Source: an uncultured Ignavibacteriaceae bacterium (lineage in GTDB: Bacteria; Bacteroidota; Ignavibacteria; UBA10030). Taken from it: DNA of 54,020 bases. A program made the translations under genes and the position numbers. Positions 1 through 9,290 of this stretch are shown piece by piece (positions within the stretch are counted from its first letter, which is position 1; the number at the start of each line of letters is the position of its first letter). The stretch spans positions 1 to 54,020 of the forward strand of contig CAZTKU010000001.1 of assembly GCA_964614245.1 (NCBI GenBank). Direction: 5' to 3'. The notes beneath the pieces were generated by a model. That model saw nothing but the letters and a program-made list of their open reading frames with translations. It was not told the origin of the DNA and did no database searches.

Positions 1-276
1 GGTGGAGTTACCGTGCCTCGTGGTGTTTATTCGTTGTACACGCTTCCATCGAAAACTACGTGGCGACTGATCATCAACAAAGAAACCGGGCAATCCGGAT
101 TGGTGTACCATCGAAAGCTCGATTTCACCCGCGTGAAGATGCAGAAACGCGCTCCCGACACGTACATCGAGCGGTTCACCATTTCGCTCAAGAAAACCGG
201 CAACACCTCGGGTCTCCTCGTGCTTGAATGGGAGAAGACCTCCGTCTCTGTTCCGTTTCAACTCAAAGGTTCATGA
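1..276 (+). CDS. DUF2911-like protein, C-terminal fragment (5' end lies outside the window)
   Basis: The frame of ORF 13..276 is open from base 1 with no upstream stop. The sequence GVYSLYTLPSKTTWRLIINKETGQ...LEWEKTSVSVPF resembles the DUF2911 family from memory. Confidence 0.5.
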   Translation, partial: GGVTVPRGVYSLYTLPSKTTWRLIINKETGQSGLVYHRKLDFTRVKMQKRAPDTYIERFTISLKKTGNTSGLLVLEWEKTSVSVPFQLKGS

Positions 277-297
277 CGATAGCAAGGGGCCGTTCTC

Positions 298-528
298 ATG
301 CCGACGAAAATCACTATCAAGAACAACGGAAGCATTAAGGTGGAGGGAGACTTTGAGCTGTACGATCAGGACGGCAACAAGTTTGATCTCGCTGGGCACA
401 CAAAGATTTCACTATGCCGATGCGGTCAGAGCGAGGACAAGCCTTTTTGCGACCGTTCGCACAGAGAGTGCGGATTCCAGTCGGAAATCGTTGCCCGCGT
501 AGTACCCCCACCCGCGCCAAAAACGTAG
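298..528 (+). CDS. CDGSH-type iron-sulfur domain protein
   Basis: 76 aa. Carries the motif CRCGQSEDKPFCDRSH, which fits C-x-C-x2-S-x3-P-x-C-D-x-S-H of CDGSH 2Fe-2S domains (G replaced by R). Confidence 0.8.
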   Translation: MPTKITIKNNGSIKVEGDFELYDQDGNKFDLAGHTKISLCRCGQSEDKPFCDRSHRECGFQSEIVARVVPPPAPKT

Positions 529-576
529 AGTCCGACCCTTGATTGTGCGGCGCCAACGCATGAGCGGCCTGTACAA

Positions 577-1389
577 CTACAACCGCCGTTGTCTCTGCGC
601 CTCATACAAAACCACCGCGCTCGCGCTAGCCACGTTGAGCGAGTCCACGCCCTCGGCCATGGGAATGACTGTTGCCTCATCACAGGCCGCAAGAACACCC
701 TGTGAGATTCCTTCCCCTTCACTGCCAAAGACGATACAACAGTCGTTCGCGAATTTTGCCCGGCTTAATTGCTTGCTGGTGGCTTGGGGATGGGCAGCAA
801 TGGCACATATTCCGTGCTTCGACCGCATCTCGGTGAGGGTACTCATGAGGCTGGTAAGATGGACAACGGGCAGTCGAAACACGGCGCCCATCGAATTCCT
901 CACCGCCCGGCGAAGATAAGGACTGCTTGACGTCTCACCGACGAGCAGCGCCTGAACGCCAAACGCTGCACAGTTCCGAACGAGCACACCAAGATTCTCC
1001 GCGTTGGTAAGACCGTCGATGGCCACAAAGAAGTGCGGGCGCGTAGTACCTGCGAGCACACCGTCAAGCGTGCTTGCCTTGGGAATCTTCGCAACAGCCA
1101 TAACGCCCTGGTGGAGCTGGAAGCCAACAATGGATTCGACAAGCTTCTTGTCAGCTACAAATACGTTCAAACCCTCTCCCTTCGTCTCCAGAAGGCGGCG
1201 GTAGACTGCTAGCCATTCGGGGGTAAGCAGTACCGAGATTATTTCGAGCTCGCTTTCGAGAAGCCTTCGCACTACCTTTTCGCCTTCAGCCACGAAAATC
1301 CCGCGCCGCTGATGATCCACGGGTCGGCGGAGTGTGCGATAAGGCTGAAGGTCTGCGCTATCAATCGATGCTACGTGTGTGACCTGCAT
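577..1389 (-). CDS. TrmH/SpoU-family RNA 2'-O-methyltransferase
   Basis: Motifs NAENLGVLVRNCAAFG, FGSEGEGIS and IPMAEGVDSLNVASASAVVLYE. I place the start at the internal ATG (MQVTHV..., 1389) because the ORF-track extension to 1701 is not protein-like and would overlap ndh. Confidence 0.8.
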   Translation of the reverse strand: MQVTHVASIDSADLQPYRTLRRPVDHQRRGIFVAEGEKVVRRLLESELEIISVLLTPEWLAVYRRLLETKGEGLNVFVADKKLVESIVGFQLHQGVMAVAKIPKASTLDGVLAGTTRPHFFVAIDGLTNAENLGVLVRNCAAFGVQALLVGETSSSPYLRRAVRNSMGAVFRLPVVHLTSLMSTLTEMRSKHGICAIAAHPQATSKQLSRAKFANDCCIVFGSEGEGISQGVLAACDEATVIPMAEGVDSLNVASASAVVLYEAQRQRRL

Positions 1390-1528
1390 GGCGTCTTCGG
1401 TTTTGCCCGGACAAGAACGTGACGTTCTATGATACAAGATGAGGGTTTTGAAGTCAACTTTTGGACAAGAAATTTTGTTAAGCTGGTAGAAGCAAACACT
1501 TTCGACCATCCCGTGCTCACTCTTTAAA

Positions 1529-2758
1529 ATGGAAAAGGCAAAGGTTGTCGTTCTCGGATCGGGGTTTTCAGCATTCAGTCTCCTGAAGGAAATTGACACC
1601 CGGCTGTTCAGTGTGACGGCTGTCAGTCCCCGCAACCATTTTCTCTTCACTCCCCTGTTGCCCAGCACCACCGTCGGGACCATCGAGTTCCGCAGCATCA
1701 TTGAGCCGGTTCGAAAAGCGTGCCCAGAGGTGCAGTATTACCAGGCAACCTGCGCGGGCGTTGATGCCGAGCGAAAGCGAATCGTTTGCGAGGGCGCTCT
1801 CGATCGCGGGCGGTTTGAGCTTCCGTATGACATTCTCGTGATCGGCGTGGGCGCCGTAAGCAACACATACGGTATTCCTGGCGTTCGGGAACATGCGCTG
1901 TTTCTCAAAGACCTCGCCGATGCACGAGCCATTCGCCAGCGGATCATCGAGTGCTTTGAGCAAGCCGCTCAGCCCAACACACCGGAGGATGAGCGCAAAC
2001 GCCTTCTGCACTTTGTCGTGGTCGGAGGCGGGCCGACTGGTGTTGAGTTTGCCGCGGAAATGCACGATTTCCTCAGCGAAGATCTCGAGAAAGCCTTCCC
2101 AGCCCTCATGCCCGGTGTGACGATCATCGTCCTGGAAGCCTTGGATCAAATCCTCGGCACCTTTGACGCAACGCTCAGCGCATACACCATGAAGCTCTTC
2201 CAACGTCAACGCATTCAGGTGCGCACGGGTGCGCCTGTCGTCCGCGTCGAAACGAACAAGCTTGTTCTCCGTGATGGCGCAGAAGTTCCCCATGGCCTTC
2301 TCGTGTGGTCCACGGGTATCGGTCCAACCGCTCTTGTTGGTGCTCTGCCGTTCCCAAAAGACCGCAATTTCCGCATACTCACCGACGACTATTTCTGCGT
2401 CAAGGCCACACAAGGCGTCTACGCGATCGGCGACTGTGCGGTGATCGAGGGAAAAGAGCTCCCCGCAACTGCACAGGTTGCGCAGCAAGAAGGGGTGTTC
2501 CTTGCCCGGCACCTTCGCCGAGCAAGCTTGGGCAAGCCGCTAAGGCCATTTCGCTACCGGCATTACGGGATGCTTGCCTACATCGGCAGCGGCAAGGCTC
2601 TTGCCGATCTGTCAAGCTTCAAGGGGAAGGGGTTCTCCACGTGGCTCTTCTGGCGGTCGGCATACCTCACACGCCTGGTCAGCCTCAAGAACAAGATCCT
2701 TGTTCTGTTCGATTGGTTCAAGACATTCTTTTTTGGGAGAGATATCAGCCGATTCTGA
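1529..2758 (+). CDS. ndh: Type II NADH dehydrogenase (NDH-2), FAD/NAD(P)-dependent oxidoreductase
   Basis: Two Rossmann GxGxxG motifs (VVVLGSGFSAF and VVVGGGPTGVEFAAEM). IGDCA motif and C-terminal amphipathic tail typical of NDH-2. Confidence 0.85.
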   Translation: MEKAKVVVLGSGFSAFSLLKEIDTRLFSVTAVSPRNHFLFTPLLPSTTVGTIEFRSIIEPVRKACPEVQYYQATCAGVDAERKRIVCEGALDRGRFELPYDILVIGVGAVSNTYGIPGVREHALFLKDLADARAIRQRIIECFEQAAQPNTPEDERKRLLHFVVVGGGPTGVEFAAEMHDFLSEDLEKAFPALMPGVTIIVLEALDQILGTFDATLSAYTMKLFQRQRIQVRTGAPVVRVETNKLVLRDGAEVPHGLLVWSTGIGPTALVGALPFPKDRNFRILTDDYFCVKATQGVYAIGDCAVIEGKELPATAQVAQQEGVFLARHLRRASLGKPLRPFRYRHYGMLAYIGSGKALADLSSFKGKGFSTWLFWRSAYLTRLVSLKNKILVLFDWFKTFFFGRDISRF

Positions 2759-2816
2759 CCGCGGATTTTCGGCCAGCGTCACATTCTGTCGATCCAGCCG
2801 GTTGCCGAGGACGCTG

Positions 2817-2845
2817 TTGACATTCGGCAAAAAAGGCATTAACAT
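2817..2845 (+). promoter_or_regulatory. Possible sigma70-type promoter for the STAS gene
   Basis: TTGACA (2817-2822), 17-nt spacer, TAACAT (2840-2845), about 90 nt upstream of the ATG at 2935. Confidence 0.3.
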
Positions 2846-2934
2846 TTGTCGCACTGTGCTACCATCCACTATGATGCACTCTCGTCAGCAAACCCGTTCT
2901 TGATTCAGAAGAACTTCTTGAGGAGCCCCTTCGT

Positions 2935-3273
2935 ATGACGATCAAAGAAAAGATGCACGGCGATGTCGCTGTTCTCTCCTTCAAAGGCAATCTCATGGGT
3001 GAACCCGACACGACGGAATTTCGCGAGAAAATCTACGGCCTGCTCCAAGAAGGGTTCACAAAAATCGTCCTTGACCTCGGACAGGTGAAATGGGTCAACA
3101 GCTCGGGCCTCGGCACACTCATCGCTGCGATGACCTCCGTAAAGACCAAGGGGGGCGAGTTGCGGATGGCGCGCGTCACCGACAAGGTTGAGAGCCTCTT
3201 CGCCATCACACAACTGATCAAAGTCTTCAAGACCTACGAGACTGTTGAACGAGCGGTCGCCAGCTTCAAGTAG
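2935..3273 (+). CDS. STAS-domain anti-sigma-factor antagonist (SpoIIAA/RsbV-like)
   Basis: 112 aa. Typical layout: VLSFKGNL...IVLDLGQVKWVNSSGLGTLI with the conserved phosphorylatable Ser in NSSGLG. Confidence 0.85.
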   Translation: MTIKEKMHGDVAVLSFKGNLMGEPDTTEFREKIYGLLQEGFTKIVLDLGQVKWVNSSGLGTLIAAMTSVKTKGGELRMARVTDKVESLFAITQLIKVFKTYETVERAVASFK

Positions 3274-3512
3274 TTGTACCCTGCTTTCACCAACCTCGTC
3301 CTCGACTTCGCAGTCTCTCACGCGTGCCCTCGTCGGCATTCACCGGGACATCACCGTGTTGTCTCATTAGCGTTAGTGCTGCGTGCCGGTCCAGAAGACC
3401 TCCGCGATTCATCGCAGCAGGCCTGTGAAGAGCTATCCCCAGATGTATGCTGTCAGTTTGAGCGGCTCGCCCCCTCACGGCCGCCATCTCCTGTAACACG
3501 TGAGCAAACGCT

Positions 3513-4787
3513 ATGAGAACATCCTTTCTCTTGAAGTGCCTGCTCTGGAGCATGCTGATCTTTGCATTCTCCGTTGCACTTTTCAGCTTTCGGTCTCTCC
3601 GCGACCTTGAACTGAAGGTCGCCAACCTCGGTTCACCATTCCGCTCCAAGCTCGCAGCCAAACTCCAAACGAAAGCCGAAGCGCCCGCTGTTCCCCTCTC
3701 GCTCTGGGGACAGGCGTCTCACGACGCATATCTGAGCCACTGTCTCACGATTGTCAAGAACCTGAAGAAAGTCGGCGCGAAGGTCGTTGTGCTTCCGTTG
3801 CCAAGCGACATCCTCCCTGTTCCAAAGATCCTCGATCTCCTTGACAAGCTCAAGAAACAAGGCATCGTGGTATTTGGCGCCACGACCTCTTCTTTGTCGT
3901 CTTCCTGGCGCTCGGGTTCTTATCTTGAAGATCCGCAGAATTGGTGGGTCCGGCACCCCGCCCTGCACCGCGTGAGCATCCCGTGGGGTGTTCTATCAAT
4001 CCAGACCGAGCCGTTTGCAGCTTTGTATCGCCTTGTTCCCAGTCAATTCAGGGATTTTGATACCGGTGAGCCTGTTCCTGACGTTGCCCTCCAAGCTCTG
4101 AAACGATACCTTGACTATCCGGATTCTCTCGAGATCCGCCACACGCCCTATTGCGATTTCCTTGGTCCACACGCGATCCCACTTGAGCGTGACGGCTTTG
4201 CCTATGTGAAATACTCATTCCATTCGTCGTTTGATGGCGGCGTTTTTGCGTCCCTGTGGCCTGAAACAGATTCGTTGATCTTCTTCCCGACTCGCTGGAG
4301 CGGGAAAAAGGAACTGATCAATCTGGATTCCTCATGGGCATTCTACCATGGGAAGATTGTTGTTCTCGACTGGGCCTACCTCTCGCCATATCAGTATCCA
4401 AGCCTGGGAACAATCTATGTTCAAATCATCGACGCTATCCTTCATGAGAACTTCGTGGATCGGCACAACGAGTATGATCTGGTTTTCATTATCCTTGCTG
4501 TAGCTGTTCTCTCCCTCGTGAGTTATCGCTTCCGCGGGATCATAACCGTCCTTGTTTCTCTCGTTCTTGGCGTGGGGATTCTTGTTCTGAGTATCTGGCT
4601 CCTCGATCGTTACAGCATTCTGTACGACCCGGTGTACGTCCTTGTCCCCATCGTTCTCTGCGGTTTCATCCTACCCATCGTAAAACTTGCAGAGGAGAAG
4701 CGGGCGCTGGAAGAAGCTGTCAAGAGTTTGGAAGAAGAGAAGAAGCGCCTTGAACACTTGAGGCGGGATCAGCCTACTCCGCCCTAA
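3513..4787 (+). CDS. Membrane protein with CHASE2-like architecture and no enzymatic output domain
   Basis: N-terminal TM helix, about 300-aa extracytoplasmic region, GKIVVLD...IYVQIIDAIL segment, three C-terminal TM helices, then a short charged coiled-coil tail (AEEKRALEEAVKSLEEEKKRLEHL). The CHASE2 assignment is by architecture and partial motif only. Confidence 0.55.
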   Translation: MRTSFLLKCLLWSMLIFAFSVALFSFRSLRDLELKVANLGSPFRSKLAAKLQTKAEAPAVPLSLWGQASHDAYLSHCLTIVKNLKKVGAKVVVLPLPSDILPVPKILDLLDKLKKQGIVVFGATTSSLSSSWRSGSYLEDPQNWWVRHPALHRVSIPWGVLSIQTEPFAALYRLVPSQFRDFDTGEPVPDVALQALKRYLDYPDSLEIRHTPYCDFLGPHAIPLERDGFAYVKYSFHSSFDGGVFASLWPETDSLIFFPTRWSGKKELINLDSSWAFYHGKIVVLDWAYLSPYQYPSLGTIYVQIIDAILHENFVDRHNEYDLVFIILAVAVLSLVSYRFRGIITVLVSLVLGVGILVLSIWLLDRYSILYDPVYVLVPIVLCGFILPIVKLAEEKRALEEAVKSLEEEKKRLEHLRRDQPTPP

Positions 4788-4811
4788 TCTCATTTCTCCT
4801 TATGTAGACAC

Positions 4812-5804
4812 ATGTTCGCTTTGGCCCTGCTGCTGTTCGCCACTTTTTCGGGATCGTACCTCTTCCTCCGCAAATTCAGCCAATTGGCTTTGGCGAGGGG
4901 GCCTCGGCAATGGGAGGTCACCGTCGCTGGCCTGCTTTCCTGGCTCTTCATTCTCTCTTGCGCAAGTTGGGTACTCTTGACCCTTTTTCTGCTCTATGCT
5001 CTCTTGGTCCTCGGCGCGCTCGGCAATATGTTGATCTTGATGTTCATCGGTTTGGCTTCGGGATTGGTGTTTCAGTTCAAGGAAATTCTTGATGTGGTAA
5101 CCGTGTGGGACTTCTTCAGGACAGCTCTCTTCTTTCGTCCCTACGCTCCACAACCGTTGCACTTCGGTGAGGAGCTTGACAAGAAGAACATTCGCGCTGT
5201 CTACCGAGAGACATCAAACAAACCTTTCCCAACTGTCCGTAAAGAGAAACCGCTTCTAACTGAAGAGGAAGTTGCCCGATTGCGTCAGGAGGTCCTCGCA
5301 CTGACCGACCGCCCAACACAATCGGCTCGCCTGAAGGAAGAATTGCAGCAACTCAAGGCCGGTCAAACGGTGGACATTTCTGACCAGTGGAAAATCTACA
5401 CGTTTAGCCGTTCATCTCACGATCTTTACGAGCGAATGTCCCGTCTTACGCTCGAGCCGGCAACACGGACGCTCAGCTTCAGGATCGACATTCAGAACGC
5501 GACTGAACGCCAACTGCAGAATTCCGTCATCGTTTTTCAGCTGAAGCAAGATCTTTATCAGTTATTGCAGGTGTTGAACACCGACCCTTGGCTGAAACCG
5601 TACTCGAGCTTCTGCGATCATCTTGCTGCCACCTGTTACGGGATTGAATCGGACAGCTTCGGCCTTCACCAACACTATCCATTCCTCCACATCAGCGTTG
5701 CAAAAAAGGAGTTGTTGCAGCGGGAGGGTGTGTTCTTCAACGCTGGAGACCTTCATAAAATCTCCACTCTCACCTTCAACAACGGTAAACCACTCCAGTT
5801 CTGA
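4812..5804 (+). CDS. Hypothetical polytopic membrane protein with about 200-aa cytoplasmic C-terminal domain
   Basis: 3-4 hydrophobic helices in the first 100 aa, then a soluble domain with a coiled-coil stretch. Starts 24 nt after the previous gene. I recognise no family. Confidence 0.65.
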   Translation: MFALALLLFATFSGSYLFLRKFSQLALARGPRQWEVTVAGLLSWLFILSCASWVLLTLFLLYALLVLGALGNMLILMFIGLASGLVFQFKEILDVVTVWDFFRTALFFRPYAPQPLHFGEELDKKNIRAVYRETSNKPFPTVRKEKPLLTEEEVARLRQEVLALTDRPTQSARLKEELQQLKAGQTVDISDQWKIYTFSRSSHDLYERMSRLTLEPATRTLSFRIDIQNATERQLQNSVIVFQLKQDLYQLLQVLNTDPWLKPYSSFCDHLAATCYGIESDSFGLHQHYPFLHISVAKKELLQREGVFFNAGDLHKISTLTFNNGKPLQF

Positions 5805-5809
5805 TTGAT

Positions 5810-6697
5810 ATGAGACGACCTTTCCTTGCGCTGCTGCTGATCGCCGTCGTGCCCGCCATACATGCTCAAAGTGGTTCCGGGCGCTTTGCAGAGTATGGCC
5901 AACTGATCATCGCACAGCTTCCATCGGCTCCTTTTCCCCATCCGCTACGAGCCACGGGACATACTTACGGCGGTCGATCCTATCCCGTGGACGCGCATTA
6001 CAGTGACAGCAGCGTTGCGATTTTCATCCCCAGGGGATTTCGGCAGGCAGGGGCAACCGATTTCATTGTGCATTTCCACGGCTGGTGGAACAACATCGAT
6101 ACGACGCTCAGCCGCTACCAATTGCCCCAGCAGCTTGTTGAAAGCGGAAAGAATGCCATCCTTGTTGTCCCCGAAGGTCCTTGCAACGCGCCGGATTCGT
6201 TCGGCGGGAAACTGGAGGAGGCTGGTGCGTTCAAGAAGCTCATCGAAGATGTTGTTGATGTGCTCGTTCGGCAGTCAAAAATCAAGACGAGAACGATCGG
6301 AACAATTATCCTCTCCGGACATAGCGGGGGCTACCGCGTCATCTCTTTTATTCTGATGCGCGGCGACATACCGGAAAAGATCAGGGAAGTCTACCTATTC
6401 GATGCGCTGTACGGACAAACGGAGAAGTATGTGTATTGGCTCGACCATTATCAGGGAAAGATGATCAACGTGTTCACCGACTCCGGTGGAACGAAGGAAG
6501 AAACCGAACTCCTCATGGCAGATCTCGAGGGATGGGGCATTCCTTACTTTCTCAAGGACGAAGTCGGTATCACGTCTGATGATCTCCACAAGCATCGGCT
6601 GATCTTCATTCACACAGATCTGGATCACGAGGCCGTCATGCACGGAAGGTCTCAATTCCTCCAATACCTCAGGGCAAGCTGCCTTCGGAATCGGTGA
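5810..6697 (+). CDS. Secreted alpha/beta-hydrolase-like protein (putative serine esterase/peptidase)
   Basis: Signal peptide MRRPFLALLLIAVVPAIHA-Q and nucleophile-elbow motif GHSGG. Candidate Asp (LFDALY) and His (HTDLDH). Starts 5 nt after the previous gene. Confidence 0.6.
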   Translation: MRRPFLALLLIAVVPAIHAQSGSGRFAEYGQLIIAQLPSAPFPHPLRATGHTYGGRSYPVDAHYSDSSVAIFIPRGFRQAGATDFIVHFHGWWNNIDTTLSRYQLPQQLVESGKNAILVVPEGPCNAPDSFGGKLEEAGAFKKLIEDVVDVLVRQSKIKTRTIGTIILSGHSGGYRVISFILMRGDIPEKIREVYLFDALYGQTEKYVYWLDHYQGKMINVFTDSGGTKEETELLMADLEGWGIPYFLKDEVGITSDDLHKHRLIFIHTDLDHEAVMHGRSQFLQYLRASCLRNR

Positions 6698-6768
6698 TGC
6701 GCTCTGTAAGAAACCTTCGCGCGTGAATGTGCGTTATTCTTTGAGGATATTTCGCAAGCCCTTTCATT

Positions 6769-7620
6769 TTGTCGTCAAAGATGTTTGAACCTCACCGTCA
6801 GGTACGTATGTGGTACGATGTATCAGATTTTGAGCAGGAGGTAATTCAGCGGAGCCATGAGGTTCCGGTTCTTGTCGACTTCTGGGCGGCGTGGTGCGGT
6901 CCATGTCGGGTTCTCGGCCCTATCCTAGAACGACTCGCTCAGCAGAATGACGGCAGATGGGATCTGGCGAAAGTTGACACTGAGAAACACGTGGATGTGG
7001 CACAGCAATACGGGATCCAGAGCATTCCCAACGTAAAGCTTTTCGTCGACGGACAGATCGTTGATGAATTTCTTGGTGCGCTTCCGGAGCATGCCGTCCA
7101 GCGCTGGCTGCAGCAAGCTCTCCCGAGCACCCACCGAAAACAATTGGAGCAGGCGCAACAGCTCTTCCAGGCAGGTAAGCCCTCTGAAGCACAACCTCTC
7201 CTTGAACAGGTTGTGCGCCTGGAGCCGGACAACGCTCGGGCGAGGGTGCTGCTTGCACGACTCGTCCTCTTCAACGATCCAAAGAGAGCTGCACAGCTTG
7301 TGGATAATGTCGAAGATCCGCGCCACCTGGAGCTTGCCAATGCTGTACGAACCATCTCACGACTACACGATGCTATCGAGAACCCTGATGCGATTCCGCC
7401 GTCGAGCGTGCGGGGATTGTACCGCAGCGCTATAGAGTCCCTGTTTGCTGAGGATTTTGATACAGCGCTTCGAGGATTTATCGGGATCATACGAAATGAT
7501 CGCTACTACGACAATGATGGGTCTCGGAAGGCCTGCATTGCGGTTTTCAAGATCCTCGGTGAGGAGCACGAAATCACACTCAAACACCGCCGTGATTTCA
7601 GTAGTGCGCTTTACGTGTAG
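6769..7620 (+). CDS. Thioredoxin-domain protein with TPR-like C-terminal domain (YbbN/CnoX-like co-chaperone architecture)
   Basis: Intact WCGPC active site (FWAAWCGPCRVLGPILE) followed by about 170 aa of helical repeats. TTG at 6769 or ATG at 6781 are possible starts. Confidence 0.8.
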   Translation: MSSKMFEPHRQVRMWYDVSDFEQEVIQRSHEVPVLVDFWAAWCGPCRVLGPILERLAQQNDGRWDLAKVDTEKHVDVAQQYGIQSIPNVKLFVDGQIVDEFLGALPEHAVQRWLQQALPSTHRKQLEQAQQLFQAGKPSEAQPLLEQVVRLEPDNARARVLLARLVLFNDPKRAAQLVDNVEDPRHLELANAVRTISRLHDAIENPDAIPPSSVRGLYRSAIESLFAEDFDTALRGFIGIIRNDRYYDNDGSRKACIAVFKILGEEHEITLKHRRDFSSALYV

Positions 7621-7726
7621 CGCCCGATGCTCGGGGGATTGAAGCTGAGGGATTTGTACTGTACATTGGGCGTGGCGATGTGTCTGTCAGTGGTTTGTGA
7701 TGATTGTGATTATCGCGGGGCCCGTT

Positions 7727-8362
7727 ATGACACGCCTTTTTGTTGTTGTGGTTTTTCTCCTTGGGGGTTGCGCGTCGCTTCGGACGACCGAAGAACCCGA
7801 AACGCTTCCTCAAATCATTTACCAAGTTCCTCTCCCTCTCTGGCCTTCTTCGTCAACCGATCGCGAGATCATTCTCGACCTGAAGATCCGTATTGGCAGC
7901 GACGGCTCGGTGCGCGATGCTGCGTTCGTGACACCGACAGGATTTCGCGAGTGGGACGCTCAGGCATTGCAGGAGGTGCGGAAGTGGCGTTTTTCACCCG
8001 CCATGGTTGATGGGAAGCCGGTTCCTCTGTGGATCCATCAGACCGTGCGAATGCGGTTTGAGCCGCCGGCGTTTATGGCATTGGCTGAACTTGCGTGCAT
8101 CGAGGCCAATCTCGCTGATTCGATCCATACGCTGCTGGGATCGGGCGAGTCCTTTGATTCGTTGGCCAAGCGTTTTTCCGTCGCTGGTTCGCGGGAGCGC
8201 GGAGGACTGCTCGGTGAGGTTGATGTGCGCACGTTTCCAGCCCATATCCGGCACGAGCTTGTAAAATTGCAGGAGGGGCAGTTTACCAAACCTCTTCCGC
8301 TCGGGCCGCAGTATGTGATCTACAAGCGACTGGCGCGCGCTATAGAGGCCAAGGCGAATTGA
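7727..8362 (+). CDS. Lipoprotein fusing a TonB C-terminal-like domain to a parvulin (PpiC)-like PPIase domain
   Basis: Lipobox LLGGC-AS. TonB_C-like segment DLKIRIGSDGSVRDAAFV...ALQEVRKWRFSPAMVDGKPV. Parvulin-like segment GESFDSLAKRFS...GGLLGEV...LQEGQFTKPLPLGPQYVIYKRL. Start placed at MTRLF (7727); the ORF track begins at 7697. Confidence 0.6.
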   Translation: MTRLFVVVVFLLGGCASLRTTEEPETLPQIIYQVPLPLWPSSSTDREIILDLKIRIGSDGSVRDAAFVTPTGFREWDAQALQEVRKWRFSPAMVDGKPVPLWIHQTVRMRFEPPAFMALAELACIEANLADSIHTLLGSGESFDSLAKRFSVAGSRERGGLLGEVDVRTFPAHIRHELVKLQEGQFTKPLPLGPQYVIYKRLARAIEAKAN

Positions 8363-8383
8363 GAAGCGGTTTGTCGCCGATTG

Positions 8384-8426
8384 TGTGACGCGAGGGTTGC
8401 CACCCCCCCGTCCGTCACATTTTTGT
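8384..8426 (+). terminator. Possible intrinsic terminator after the TonB-C/parvulin gene
   Basis: TGTGACG...CGTCACA imperfect GC-rich hairpin followed by TTTTTG. The inner stem is imperfect. Confidence 0.3.
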
Positions 8427-8777
8427 GCTTCACCCAAGGGATGTTCTCTCTCCGCGCTGAACGCGCGGCCGTGGGCAACCGATGTACCGTTGTTCGTTTC
8501 AGCCCATCCTCCCGGTTGTACAATATTCTGCCTTTTTTTACATCTCAAGACGAGTGGATTTTCCACGGTCCATCATCGATATATGTTAAAGTGATGTTAC
8601 GGGGGGGGCCGAACTTGAGCCATGGGCCTGATGGCGGTTGATCAGCGGCTCGTGACGGAGGTGCTACACAATGAACATTGCGTACCGCAAGTTATGATCT
8701 CTGACAGTACAATAAGAAAAACTGTTGCTATCCTTGCGTCGCTATTTTCCATCACGGTTGCACAGAAAGGACCCGGG

Positions 8778-9290
8778 ATGATTCAGCTGGAGAAGGCAAC
8801 GATCGGCGCCGGATGCTTCTGGTGTGTGGAAGCCGTGTTCGAGCGACTCGAGGGCGTTCACTCTGTTGTCTCGGGTTATACAGGAGGGACAAAACCCAAC
8901 CCCACATACGAAGAGGTCTGCGGTGGAATGACCGGCCATGCCGAGGTAGCACAAATCACCTTCAACCCGTCCAAGATTACCTATGAGCAGCTCCTTGACG
9001 TCTTCTGGCAGAGCCACGATCCTACGACACTCAACCGGCAGGGCGCTGACGCAGGTACCCAGTACCGCTCGGCGATTTTCTATCACGACCAGAAACAGAG
9101 GGCCTCGGCGGAGAAATCCAAGCTTGAAGCGCAGAAGCATTTCCAGGACCCAATCGTCACGGAGATCAAACGATTGACTCAGTTCTACCAGGCAGAGAAC
9201 TACCACCAGGATTACTATCGCAGCAATCCTGTCGCGCCCTACTGCCTCCTGGTTATCAAGCCGAAGCTGAAGAAGCTTAAACTCGAATAA
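8778..9290 (+). CDS. msrA: Peptide-methionine (S)-S-oxide reductase MsrA
   Basis: Active-site motif GAGCFWCVEAVF and GYTGG. AGGA lies 7 nt upstream of the ATG at 8778. An alternative start at 8694 would add a signal-peptide-like MISDSTIRKTVAILASLFSITVA-Q. Confidence 0.85.
   Translation: MIQLEKATIGAGCFWCVEAVFERLEGVHSVVSGYTGGTKPNPTYEEVCGGMTGHAEVAQITFNPSKITYEQLLDVFWQSHDPTTLNRQGADAGTQYRSAIFYHDQKQRASAEKSKLEAQKHFQDPIVTEIKRLTQFYQAENYHQDYYRSNPVAPYCLLVIKPKLKKLKLE

Noticed and set aside
1390-1701. N-terminal extension of the TrmH-family ORF
   Set aside because: It is not protein-like and overlaps the ndh start. The family-typical N-terminus begins at the internal ATG at 1389.
1568-2512. 314-aa minus-strand ORF
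   Set aside because: It lies entirely antisense to the well-supported ndh gene. The composition is Arg/Gly/Ala-rich and no motifs are recognisable. This is a typical shadow ORF in GC-rich coding DNA.
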